From Haloferax volcanii DS2 (GTDB lineage: Archaea > Halobacteriota > Halobacteria > Halobacteriales > Haloferacaceae): a DNA stretch of 32,000 bases. This document shows positions 24,268 through 32,000 of the stretch, piece after piece (the stretch's first letter is position 1; every line of letters begins with the position of its first letter). The stretch is taken from NCBI RefSeq assembly GCF_000025685.1, contig NC_013967.1, forward strand, positions 2,370,001 to 2,402,000, written 5' to 3'. The position numbers and the translations under genes are program-made. The notes under the pieces are model-generated. The model saw nothing but the letters and a program-made list of their open reading frames with translations. It did not search any database and had not been told where the DNA came from.

Positions 24268-25730
24268 CCGCTGATGAGACACATCGGGACGCCGATGCCC
24301 GGCGTGGTAAACGAGCCGGTGAAGTAGAGGCCGTCGACCGCGTCGGAGCCGTGGGGCGGCCGGAGCAGCGCCGTCTGGAACAGCGTGTGCGCGAGGCCGA
24401 GCGCCGTGCCCTGCGTGCTGTTGTAGCGCTCCTTGAAGTCGTTCACGCAGAACGACTCCTCGAGGACGATTCTGTCGCGGAGGTCGACGCCGGTGTTCTC
24501 GGCGATGTCGTCGAGGACGAGGTCGCGGTAGCGCTCGCGGCGTTCCGGCGTGTCCTCCAACCCGGCCGCGATGGGGACGAGCGCGAACAGATTGCTGTGA
24601 CCCTCGGGTGCGACCGAGTCGTCGGTCTTCGACGGCACACAGAGGTAGTACGCGGGGTCGTCGGGCCACGCCGGGTCGTCGAATATCGTCTCGAAGTGGT
24701 CGTCCCAGTCGGTGGGTAACACGAGCGTGTGGTGGGCGAGTTCGTCCACGTCGCCCTCGACGCCGAGATAGAGCAGGAACGCCGAGGGGGCGTACGTTCG
24801 GGAGTCCCAGTAGTCGGCGTCGTACTGGCGCTTCTTCTCCGGGAGGAGTTCCTGTTCGGTGTGGGCGTAGTCGGCGTCGGAGACGACCTGGTCGCAGAGG
24901 AACTCGCGGCCGTCTTCGGTGCGGACGGCGAACCCGCCGCGGCGACCGGCGATTTCGGCCACGGGCGAGTCGGTGTGGAACTCGACGCCCAACTCCCCGG
25001 CGAGGTCGACGATAGCGTCGACGACGCCCGCGAGGCCGCCGTCGGGGTAGTAGACGCCCATGTTGAAGTCGACGTGGCTCATGAGGTTGTAGAGCGCCGG
25101 GGTGTTGTTCGGCGCGCCGCCGAGGAACACCAGCGTGTACTGCATTATCTGCTGGAGCTTCGGGTGGTCGAAGTAGTTCTCGACGTGGTCCTGCATCGAG
25201 CCGACGAGCGACAGCCCCCACGAGTACCGAAACACGTCGAGGTCGATGTAGTCGGTGAGGGCCGGGCGGTCGGTGTAGACGAAGTGTTCCATCCCGATTC
25301 GGTAGTTCCGCTCTGCCTTCCGGAGGTAGTCGTCGAGCCTGTCGCCCGCGCCGGGTTCGTAGGACTCGAAGGTGGCCTTGTTGGCCGCGATGTCGGGGAG
25401 CATATCGACGCGGTCGCCGTCCTTGAAGAAGATACGGTAGTGGGGGTCCAGCCGCGTCAGTTCGTAGTAGTCCTCGGGCCGCTTGCCGAAGTAGGCGAAG
25501 AAGCGCTCGAACACGTCGGGCATGAGGTACCACGACGGCCCCATGTCGAACCGGAAGCCGTCGCGTTCGAGCGTGCTGGCTCGGCCGCCGAGCTGTTCGT
25601 TCTTCTCCAACAGCGTCACGTCGGCACCGGCGTCCGCGAGGTAGCACGCCGTCGAGAGGCCGCCGAACCCGCCGCCGACGACGACGACGGACTCGCCGGC
25701 GAGGGAGTCGAGAGCCGAGACAGAATTCAT
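24228..25730 (-). CDS. crtD: carotenoid 3,4-desaturase (phytoene desaturase family FAD oxidoreductase)
   Basis: VVVVGGGFGGLSTACYLADAGADVTLLEKNEQLGGRAS is a dinucleotide-binding motif. The protein is 500 aa from the second ATG. The first ATG (25757) lies inside a TTTAT box 28 nt upstream. Confidence 0.85.
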   Translation of the reverse strand: MNSVSALDSLAGESVVVVGGGFGGLSTACYLADAGADVTLLEKNEQLGGRASTLERDGFRFDMGPSWYLMPDVFERFFAYFGKRPEDYYELTRLDPHYRIFFKDGDRVDMLPDIAANKATFESYEPGAGDRLDDYLRKAERNYRIGMEHFVYTDRPALTDYIDLDVFRYSWGLSLVGSMQDHVENYFDHPKLQQIMQYTLVFLGGAPNNTPALYNLMSHVDFNMGVYYPDGGLAGVVDAIVDLAGELGVEFHTDSPVAEIAGRRGGFAVRTEDGREFLCDQVVSDADYAHTEQELLPEKKRQYDADYWDSRTYAPSAFLLYLGVEGDVDELAHHTLVLPTDWDDHFETIFDDPAWPDDPAYYLCVPSKTDDSVAPEGHSNLFALVPIAAGLEDTPERRERYRDLVLDDIAENTGVDLRDRIVLEESFCVNDFKERYNSTQGTALGLAHTLFQTALLRPPHGSDAVDGLYFTGSFTTPGIGVPMCLISGQLTAEEMAEDAR

Positions 25731-25825
25731 GTCCGTTCGTAAGGACGTAGAGAACATAAATCGACTGACCGAATCGACCGCCGTCGGGGGGTAGCTTTAG
25801 GCTCGGTCCCTCCTTACGGCCCCGC

Positions 25826-26518
25826 ATGAACGACACCACCGCGGTGGTCACGGGTGCGAGTTCCGGAATCGGCGCGGCGGTCGCGCGCGCCCTCGGTCGC
25901 GCCGGCGCGACGGTCGTCGCCTGCGCCCGCGACGGCGACGCCCTCCAGTCGGTCGTCAACGATATCGAACGCGACGGCGGCAGCGCCAGCGCAGTCCGCG
26001 CCGACGTGCGCGACGAACTCGACATGGAGCGCCTGATGGAGACGGCGGCCCGCGCCGGCGGACGCATCGACGTACTCGTCGCCAACGCCGCCGTCGCCCA
26101 CGGGACGCCCGGCGAGATGCCCGCGCCCGAGGACTCGTACGCGGCGTTCGACGACACCCTCAGAACCAACGTCCGCGGCGTCTTCGCGGCGGTCAAAGAG
26201 GCGCTGCCGCACATGGCCGACGACGGGCGCATCCTCGTCCCCTCCGGCTCCATCGCCCGCGAGGCGAAACCGGGGATGGGCGCGTACGCCGTCTCCAAGG
26301 CGGCCGCCGAGGCGCTCGTCCGGCAGTTCGCCGCCGACTGCGACCGGACCGTGACGGTCGTCGACCCCGGCCTCGTCGCCACCGACCTCACCGGCGGGCA
26401 GGGCCGCGACCCCGACGACGTGGCCGATCTGTTCGTCTGGGCGGCGACCGACGCCGACCCCGCCGAGTTCGACGGCGACATCGCGGACCTCAAGGCGTGG
26501 AAACGGGCGACGCGCTGA
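25826..26518 (+). CDS. short-chain dehydrogenase/reductase (SDR)
   Basis: 230 aa. AVVTGASSGIGAAVARAL, NAAV, and a YAVSKAA catalytic Y-x3-K. It is divergent from crtD across 95 bp. Confidence 0.85.
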   Translation: MNDTTAVVTGASSGIGAAVARALGRAGATVVACARDGDALQSVVNDIERDGGSASAVRADVRDELDMERLMETAARAGGRIDVLVANAAVAHGTPGEMPAPEDSYAAFDDTLRTNVRGVFAAVKEALPHMADDGRILVPSGSIAREAKPGMGAYAVSKAAAEALVRQFAADCDRTVTVVDPGLVATDLTGGQGRDPDDVADLFVWAATDADPAEFDGDIADLKAWKRATR

Positions 26519-26593
26519 GGCCTCCCGCCGTGTCGACCCACCCGTTCCGCCGGAACCGCGCCCCTTATTAATCCCAATCGGTTCGTTCACAAT

Positions 26594-27421
26594 ATGAACC
26601 GTTCGACGGCGACGGCCATCGGCGCGGGGAGCGTCGCGGCACTCGTCGCGCTCTCCGCGTACGCCGCGAGCGTCGAGGCGTGGAACCTCCTCGTCGTCTC
26701 GTGGGCCGCCTTCGGCGCGATGGCGCTCGCCGCCCCCCTCGGCGCGTGGAGTCGGGCCGAGCACGCCGAGGGTCTCGTCTGGGGCTACGGCCTCGCCAGC
26801 GGCGCGATGGTGACGAGCGCCGCGGTGTTTCTGCTCCCGCAGGCGCTCGGCCATCACCCCCAGTTCGGCGGCTTCGGCATCGCCTTCGGCATCCTCGCGG
26901 GCTTCGCCGCCCACACCGTCGGCCACCGCTTCGCCCACATGGAGTTCCCCGTGGACCGTACCGTGACCGAACTCTCGGCGCACGCCGTCTCCGCGGGCGC
27001 GATTATCGGTATCGTCTACGGGAACATCGACGTGGGCGTCGGCCTCGGCCTCGCCATCGTCTCGCACAAGGGACCGGCCGGGTACGCGGCCGCTCGGCGG
27101 CTCTCGGGTCGGGGCGAGTCGGTCGCGCCGTTGCTCCTCCCCGCGGCGGGCCTCGGTATCGCCGCCATCATCTCCAGCGCGGTGTCGCTCCCCGCGACCG
27201 ACGCCTTCCGCGGAGTCGTCTTCGGCTTCGCCTCGGGTGTGTTCCTCCACGTCGCCATGGACTTCCTCCCGCGCTGCGAAATCGGCAGCGAGATTCACGA
27301 ACTGCTGTCGGTCGAAGACGGCCACGCCCACGCGATTCTCGACCGCCTCCGGGTCCACGCCGCGCTGAGCACCGGCGTCGGCGGCCTCGCCGTCTTCGCC
27401 GCGTGGCTGGTGCTCAACTAA
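26594..27421 (+). CDS. ZIP-family divalent metal transporter
   Basis: 275-aa polytopic protein. His-rich helices (GFAAHTVGHRFAH, SHKGPAGY) and FASGVFLHVAMDFLP resemble ZupT/ZIP. A TTATTAAT element lies about 25-30 nt upstream of the ATG. Confidence 0.75.
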   Translation: MNRSTATAIGAGSVAALVALSAYAASVEAWNLLVVSWAAFGAMALAAPLGAWSRAEHAEGLVWGYGLASGAMVTSAAVFLLPQALGHHPQFGGFGIAFGILAGFAAHTVGHRFAHMEFPVDRTVTELSAHAVSAGAIIGIVYGNIDVGVGLGLAIVSHKGPAGYAAARRLSGRGESVAPLLLPAAGLGIAAIISSAVSLPATDAFRGVVFGFASGVFLHVAMDFLPRCEIGSEIHELLSVEDGHAHAILDRLRVHAALSTGVGGLAVFAAWLVLN

Positions 27422-28736
27422 TCTTTCGTTCGCTCGCCGGCCCGAGGTAGCCCCACGCGAGCAGTCGGTCGCCGTCGCCGTCTATCCAGCGCTCGCCGAT
27501 GTCGTCGCGGTAGTACAGGTTCGGGATGACGATGTCGTCGACGCGGTCGTACGCCTGTTTTCTCGCCTCCTGCATCGTCTCGCCCTTCCCGGTGACGACC
27601 AGCGGGATGCCGCTTTCGCCGGCGGCGCGCCACTGTCCGTCGACGAGTTTCGCGTCCTCGATGTGGACGCCCTCGCGGCTGTCGGTCTCGAAGACGACCG
27701 CCGCGTTGCGGGAGTTCTCGTCGTAGGTTTTCTCGTCGGTGAAGGGGAACGGCGGCAGGACGATGCGGACCGCGATTTGGTAGCCGCCGTGGACCGAAAG
27801 CTCGGGGTCGTTGCCGTGGGCGAGGTCGAAGAAGAACTGCGCCGTCGACGACTCGAACGACTCCTCTTGGAGCGTAATCGTCGGATAGCCGAACCGCGGC
27901 GTGAACTCCAGCGGGTAGATGCCGTGTTCGTTGACGATGCAGTTGATGTCGATGCTCCCGACGTAGCCTTCCTCGGCGAGCCACGGTTCGAGCCGGCCCA
28001 GCGTCTCCTCGAACAGTCGGTTCCGCCCGGCCCAGAACATCGACGTGCCCATCTCGCCGGTCGAGGGGCCGATGTTGCCCGGAAACAGCTTCTTGTGCTC
28101 GAAGTTGAAGTTCACCGGGTCGACGAACGTCTCCCCGTCGAAAAAGCCGCAGACGGCGATTTCGACGCCTTCGACCTTCCGCTGGAGCTGAAAACCCTTC
28201 ATCCGGTGGCCCCACGCCTGCTTGTACGCGCGGAGCACCTCGACCACGTCGCTGCCGTCCTCTTCGTTGCCGACGTAGAGGAGGCGCTTGACGTTCTGCA
28301 CCTCGCCGAGCGGCTTGATGACGTAGGGGGCGCGGTTCCGCCGGACGTACTCGATTCCCTCGTCGAAGTCGCGGAAGACGCGCTGTTCGACCGTGTTGAC
28401 GCCGTGTTCTTCGAGCACGTCCATCGCGTAGCCGCGGTCCTCTTCGAGGCGGTCGGTGTTCGGCGTCCCGCCGACCACGGCGTGGCCCTCCTCGCGGAGC
28501 TCCTGAGCGAGCGCGCCGGTGCCGACGTCTGAGCCGACCCAGATGTCGTCGAAGACGATGACGTCGGCCCACTCGACCTCCGCGCGCCAGTCGTCGGTCT
28601 TCGGGACGAAGCCGTCGCCGATTTCCCTGTCGTGCTCGGCCTCGATATAGTACCGCACGTCGTGGCCCTCTCTGCGGACCTGCCACGCGAGGTCGGCGAT
28701 GAGCGCGGCGTCCGCCGACACGAAGAGGAATTTCAT
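27414..28736 (-). CDS. ATP-grasp protein related to phosphoribosylamine-glycine ligase (PurD-like, non-canonical N-terminus)
   Basis: 440 aa. The central region (YVIKPLGEVQNVKRLLYVG...EFTPRFGYP) looks like a GARS-type ATP-grasp. The N-terminus lacks the canonical PurD GGREHA motif. Its 3' end overlaps the ZIP gene by 8 nt. Confidence 0.65.
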   Translation of the reverse strand: MKFLFVSADAALIADLAWQVRREGHDVRYYIEAEHDREIGDGFVPKTDDWRAEVEWADVIVFDDIWVGSDVGTGALAQELREEGHAVVGGTPNTDRLEEDRGYAMDVLEEHGVNTVEQRVFRDFDEGIEYVRRNRAPYVIKPLGEVQNVKRLLYVGNEEDGSDVVEVLRAYKQAWGHRMKGFQLQRKVEGVEIAVCGFFDGETFVDPVNFNFEHKKLFPGNIGPSTGEMGTSMFWAGRNRLFEETLGRLEPWLAEEGYVGSIDINCIVNEHGIYPLEFTPRFGYPTITLQEESFESSTAQFFFDLAHGNDPELSVHGGYQIAVRIVLPPFPFTDEKTYDENSRNAAVVFETDSREGVHIEDAKLVDGQWRAAGESGIPLVVTGKGETMQEARKQAYDRVDDIVIPNLYYRDDIGERWIDGDGDRLLAWGYLGPASERKIS

Positions 28737-28797
28737 ATCTCTCGACTCGGGCGGCGGCCTGAAAACTGTGTGCGTGGTGAGAGGTAGCGCGGGCCGC

Positions 28798-29151
28798 TCA
28801 GTCGCTCGCCAGCCGGCGAAGCTGCACGGAGACGCCGAGCGCCGCCCCGAGGAGCAACACGAGGTTGAACGCCATCTGGAACGGCGCGCGGTACTCGGGA
28901 TTCACCCACGTCGTGATAGTCTGGCTGGCGTTGAGGTAGAACTGTAACGCCGCGATAAGCGCGAGCAACAGCAGTCCCGCGAGGACGGCGTAGTCGAGGA
29001 AGCGGCGCATCCGCTCCGCGAACTCGCGGTTCTTTTCCTCGTCGTCTATCGTGTCCTCGGTACTCTCGGTCGACTCTGGCGTCGAGTCGGTCGATACCAT
29101 CGTCTCGATGTCGGCTTCGTCGGCAGTCGTCGAGTCGTCGCGCTCGCTCAT
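28798..29151 (-). CDS. small membrane protein, acidic N-terminus plus two TM helices
   Basis: 117 aa from the ATG at 29151, which forms an ATGA overlap with the stop of the upstream PGF-CTERM gene. The track start at 29160 is GTG. Confidence 0.55.
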   Translation of the reverse strand: MSERDDSTTADEADIETMVSTDSTPESTESTEDTIDDEEKNREFAERMRRFLDYAVLAGLLLLALIAALQFYLNASQTITTWVNPEYRAPFQMAFNLVLLLGAALGVSVQLRRLASD

Positions 29152-30158
29152 TTCGACCACCTCCGGGCGACGAGGACGGCCGCGAGCAGTCCCACGACCG
29201 CCACGAGCGGGCCGAATCCGGGTGCCGATGAGGTGGTCTCAGTCGGTTCGTACGCGGTTTCCCGCGGTGCGTCGCCGCCGTCGCCGTTCTCGAAGTCTTC
29301 GACGCGGAGTTCCACGTCCTCTCTGGTCTGGTTCACGCTAATCGTCCTCGTTGGGTTCAGGTTCGCCGCGCCGCGGGCGGTGTCGATGACGACCCCGTCG
29401 CGCAGCAACACGGCGTCGATGTAGTAGTTGTAGTCGTTCGGGACGCTCGCCGACGCGTCCACCGTCTCGGTTCGCCCGGCCTCGATGGTCCCCGCGTCGA
29501 CCGTCGTCCGAGAGGCCACGATGTTGGACTCGGCCTGCCGGAGGACGAACAGCACCGAGAGGTCCTCGGCCGGGTCGTCGCCGGCGTTCGTCAGCGTCGC
29601 CGTCAGGTCGAGCGTCGTCCGGTCCTCGCCGGTCTCCGCGATGGCGAAGGAGACGGGCGGAAGCGCCTCGCTGTCGGTGAACGAGGTGGTCGACTGGAGG
29701 TACGGCGGCTTGATAGCCGAGACGCCGCGGACGCTCTTTCGCGCCTCGTCGACCCGCTCGTCGTCGCTGTATAGGACGACCTCGACGTCGTAGCCGCCCT
29801 CGCGGGGGACCGTGAGATTGGTCGTCGTCGCCGTCTCACCGTCCTTCGAGAGCGTCCCCACGTCGAGTTCCTGCGTCGTCGTCAACAGCCCCGACTCGGC
29901 GTCGACGGCGCGAACGAGGACGCTCACGTTCTGCGTGGGATTGCCTCGGTGGTCGATTCGTGTCTCGATTTCGAGGGTGACCGTCTCCCCCGTCGCCTGT
30001 CCGGCCGCGATGGAGACGCCGGCGACGTCCACCGGACCGGGACGGACGGGCCCGTCGTCGGTGGGGTCCGCGATGACCCCCGGAACGACGGCGGCGGCGA
30101 CGAGCGCCACGACGACGACGCCGACCGCTCCGGCCGTGAGGAGGGCGTTTCTTTCCAT
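29148..30158 (-). CDS. secreted/surface protein with N-terminal signal anchor and C-terminal PGF-CTERM sorting signal
   Basis: From MERNALLTAGAVGVVVVALVAAAVV the protein is 336 aa. The C-terminus, ...SSAPGFGPLVAVVGLLAAVLVARRWSK, has a PGF motif, a TM helix and basic residues (archaeosortase A type). The body is Thr/Asp/Val-rich and beta-like. Confidence 0.75.
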   Translation of the reverse strand: MERNALLTAGAVGVVVVALVAAAVVPGVIADPTDDGPVRPGPVDVAGVSIAAGQATGETVTLEIETRIDHRGNPTQNVSVLVRAVDAESGLLTTTQELDVGTLSKDGETATTTNLTVPREGGYDVEVVLYSDDERVDEARKSVRGVSAIKPPYLQSTTSFTDSEALPPVSFAIAETGEDRTTLDLTATLTNAGDDPAEDLSVLFVLRQAESNIVASRTTVDAGTIEAGRTETVDASASVPNDYNYYIDAVLLRDGVVIDTARGAANLNPTRTISVNQTREDVELRVEDFENGDGGDAPRETAYEPTETTSSAPGFGPLVAVVGLLAAVLVARRWSK

Positions 30159-30338
30159 GCCCGACTGACATTTACGATTGGGTAAATGTTTTGTCCCCGA
30201 TGGGTTGGCGGAGCGGGCGACACAACGGCGAGACCACGGCCGCGGAGACACCGTGGCCGCGGGGACCCGCCCGTCAGCGGGAGTGTCACGACGAGTGTGA
30301 ACACACGCTTTGCTCTCGGGGCGCCTATCTCTGCTACC

Positions 30339-30497
30339 ATGTCGAAGGCGATGCAACAGGCGACGTGTTCGTGCGGGTTCAGCGTGACCTCCGAGAACAG
30401 AAACGAGGTCGTGAAAGTGATTCAGCACCACGCCCACGACGAGCACGGAAAAGAGATGACGAGAGACGACGTGCTGGCGATGATGAAGCAGGCCTGA
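30339..30497 (+). CDS. small DUF1059-like protein (52 aa)
   Basis: MSKAMQQATCSCGFSVTSENRNEVVKVIQHHAHDEHGKEMTRDDVLAMMKQA. The upstream part of the 103-aa track ORF is Arg/Gly-rich nonsense. The family name is from memory. Confidence 0.55.
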   Translation: MSKAMQQATCSCGFSVTSENRNEVVKVIQHHAHDEHGKEMTRDDVLAMMKQA

Positions 30498-30547
30498 CGA
30501 GCGCGGTCGGGCGTGGATTTTTATAGGACGGCGTAGCGATATGTGGC

Positions 30548-30949
30548 ATGGCAACATACGTTATCGGGACGAACTCGGTCCACACGAGCGCCGAAGTCTG
30601 CGACTACCTCTCGCGGCGCATCGACGCCGGCGACGTGGTCCACGTCGTCAACTCCCACCCCGGCGGCGACGACACCGACAGCGAGGACGTCCGCGACGGC
30701 GAAGACGCGCTGAACGTCGTCGTCTCCCGACTCGGTGACCTCGTGGACGTAGAGACCCACCAGTACATCCGCGGCAACGACGCCGCCGACGACGTCCTCC
30801 AGTGCGCCGACGAACACGACGCCGACGAAATCGTCATCGGCATCCGAAAGCGCAATCCGACCTCGAAAATCGTCTTCGGGAGCACGGCACAGGACGTGCT
30901 ATTACACTCGAACACCCCGATGGCGGTCGTCCCGCTCGAAACAGTCTGA
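30548..30949 (+). CDS. universal stress protein (UspA family)
   Basis: 133 aa. DEIVIGIRKRNPTSKIVFGSTAQDVLLHSNTPMAVVP is a typical Usp C-terminus. A TTTTTATA element lies about 25-30 nt upstream of the ATG. Confidence 0.85.
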   Translation: MATYVIGTNSVHTSAEVCDYLSRRIDAGDVVHVVNSHPGGDDTDSEDVRDGEDALNVVVSRLGDLVDVETHQYIRGNDAADDVLQCADEHDADEIVIGIRKRNPTSKIVFGSTAQDVLLHSNTPMAVVPLETV

Positions 30950-30979
30950 GTGGCGCGCCCGAGACTGGCCGCGGCCGAC

Positions 30980-31708
30980 TCAGTTCCCGCTTCGATACTC
31001 GACGAGTTCCATCTCGAACGCCGGCGTGTCGTCGCCTTCCTCCTCGTAGAACGCCACGTAGCCCGGCAGCGGGCTCTCCGGGGTGACGCAACTCTCCCAG
31101 AAGGCGCTCCCGTTCGTCCGGACCACGAACGCCGCACACTCTAAGCCGGCGTAGGTCGATAGCGCTTCGACTTCGAAGCTGACGGTCCCGTTGGGGCCCG
31201 AGGACTCCCAGCTGTCGCCGACGCTGAGGGTCTCGCCGTCGACGCCGTTGTAGTACGGCGAGTCGAATCCGAGGGTGGCGACCGACCCTGACGGCGTCCC
31301 GGCGAGTTCGCCGTACACCTCGTCCGGCGGCGCGGTCACGGTCTGTTCGGTCGTCCCGTTGGGCGTGACCAGTTTCGTCCGAACCGTCGCCTCGTCGTCG
31401 GTCGCGGAGACGACCTCCCACTCGTAGGTCGCGGTGCCGTCGATGCTCCGACTCTCGATATCGTAGCGGTAGTACTGCCCGGTCCGGTACCGCTGGTCCC
31501 ACGTCCCGTTGAACGAAAACGAGGCCCGTTCGGCGTCGCCGTCGCCGCTCTGGTCGGCCGATTCGCCGTCGGTGGCTGTCGCGGTCGCGTCTGTCGCACC
31601 CGTCGATGCGTCGGTTGCGGTCGTGGCGTCGCCGCCGACGCCGCCCCCGCACCCGGCGAGGAGAACCATGAGTGCCGCGAGAAGCACTCGCGCTGCTGTG
31701 GGTTGCAT
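30980..31708 (-). CDS. lipoprotein (lipobox LLAGC), Thr/Asp-rich linker, unknown function
   Basis: MQPTAARVLLAALMVLLAGCGG signal peptide and lipobox. The ATG at 31708 is preferred over the GTG at 31717. A TATTAT element lies about 30 nt upstream. Confidence 0.7.
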   Translation of the reverse strand: MQPTAARVLLAALMVLLAGCGGGVGGDATTATDASTGATDATATATDGESADQSGDGDAERASFSFNGTWDQRYRTGQYYRYDIESRSIDGTATYEWEVVSATDDEATVRTKLVTPNGTTEQTVTAPPDEVYGELAGTPSGSVATLGFDSPYYNGVDGETLSVGDSWESSGPNGTVSFEVEALSTYAGLECAAFVVRTNGSAFWESCVTPESPLPGYVAFYEEEGDDTPAFEMELVEYRSGN

Positions 31709-31796
31709 ACAGGACACGAGAGGCCACCCGGGGTCATAATAGACACGTCAGACGGCGCGACGCGGCGGCGCGGCCGAACGGGCAGGGACGACCCAG

Positions 31797-32000
31797 TCAG
31801 TTGTCGTCGTTGTCGTCGTCGGCTTCGAGCACCTTCTCGGCGAGCGTCGGCACGAACGTCCCGATGTCCGTGACCATCCCGATGGCCTGCGAGGAGCCGC
31901 GGTCGAGCAGTTGCGTGACGGTCGCGGGGTTGATGTCCACGCAGACGGTCTTCGCCGTCGACGGCAGGCAGTTGCCGACGGCGACAGAGTGCAGGAGCGT
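31797..32000 (-). CDS. C-terminal fragment of an unidentified protein (continues beyond the window)
   Basis: Hand translation is open to the window edge: ...[67 protein letters not shown]. Third-position GC is good. No family recognised. Confidence 0.45.
   Translation of the reverse strand, partial: TLLHSVAVGNCLPSTAKTVCVDINPATVTQLLDRGSSQAIGMVTDIGTFVPTLAEKVLEADDDNDDN

Noticed and set aside
23326-26577. 1083-aa ORF spanning lyeJ, crtD and the SDR region
   Set aside because: Only the C-terminal 301 aa (LyeJ) make sense. The rest is an out-of-frame or antisense read-through of crtD and the SDR gene.
30481-30500. AUGAUGA ... CUGA (box C / box D-like) at the end of the DUF1059 ORF
   Set aside because: The two boxes are only about 9 nt apart and lie inside the coding sequence and stop codon (atgatgaagcaggcctga). 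That spacing is too short for a box C/D sRNA.

Overview
GC-rich haloarchaeal chromosomal segment. Gene content, the CRISPR repeat and the tRNA-Met intron all look Haloferax-like, but that identification is from memory and not searched. About 40 genes are supportable, mostly housekeeping: kynureninase, two SDRs, a JAMM/MPN protease overlapping idi, divergent Lrp and carA, a PAS sensor-kinase-like protein, gatD followed by a GNAT gene, gpmI, a CNNM transporter, crtB plus the crtD-lyeJ-cruF bacterioruberin operon, a ZIP transporter, a PurD-like ATP-grasp protein, a PGF-CTERM surface protein and a USP. The accessory-looking core lies at 14.8-19.5 kb. It holds an intron-containing tRNA-Met(CAT) and, 57 nt beyond it, a CRISPR array of 25 repeats and 24 spacers transcribed on the minus strand, with no cas gene anywhere in the window. 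It also holds about 0.6 kb of apparently non-coding DNA with microsatellites and hairpins, and a 50-aa CPxCG zinc-finger ORF too short for the ORF track. Other points worth a second look: a DMT/EamA transporter ORF that has no stop codon for 2.86 kb and runs antisense through cruF and lyeJ, short tandem repeats at several gene 3' ends, and a PAS/kinase-like protein with degenerate catalytic motifs. Many long ORFs in the six-frame track are stop-poor GC artefacts, and several starts were trimmed to internal ATG/GTG codons. I see no transposase, integrase or recognisable defence gene, and no convincing new multi-gene system. All function calls come from reading the translated sequences, not from database searches.
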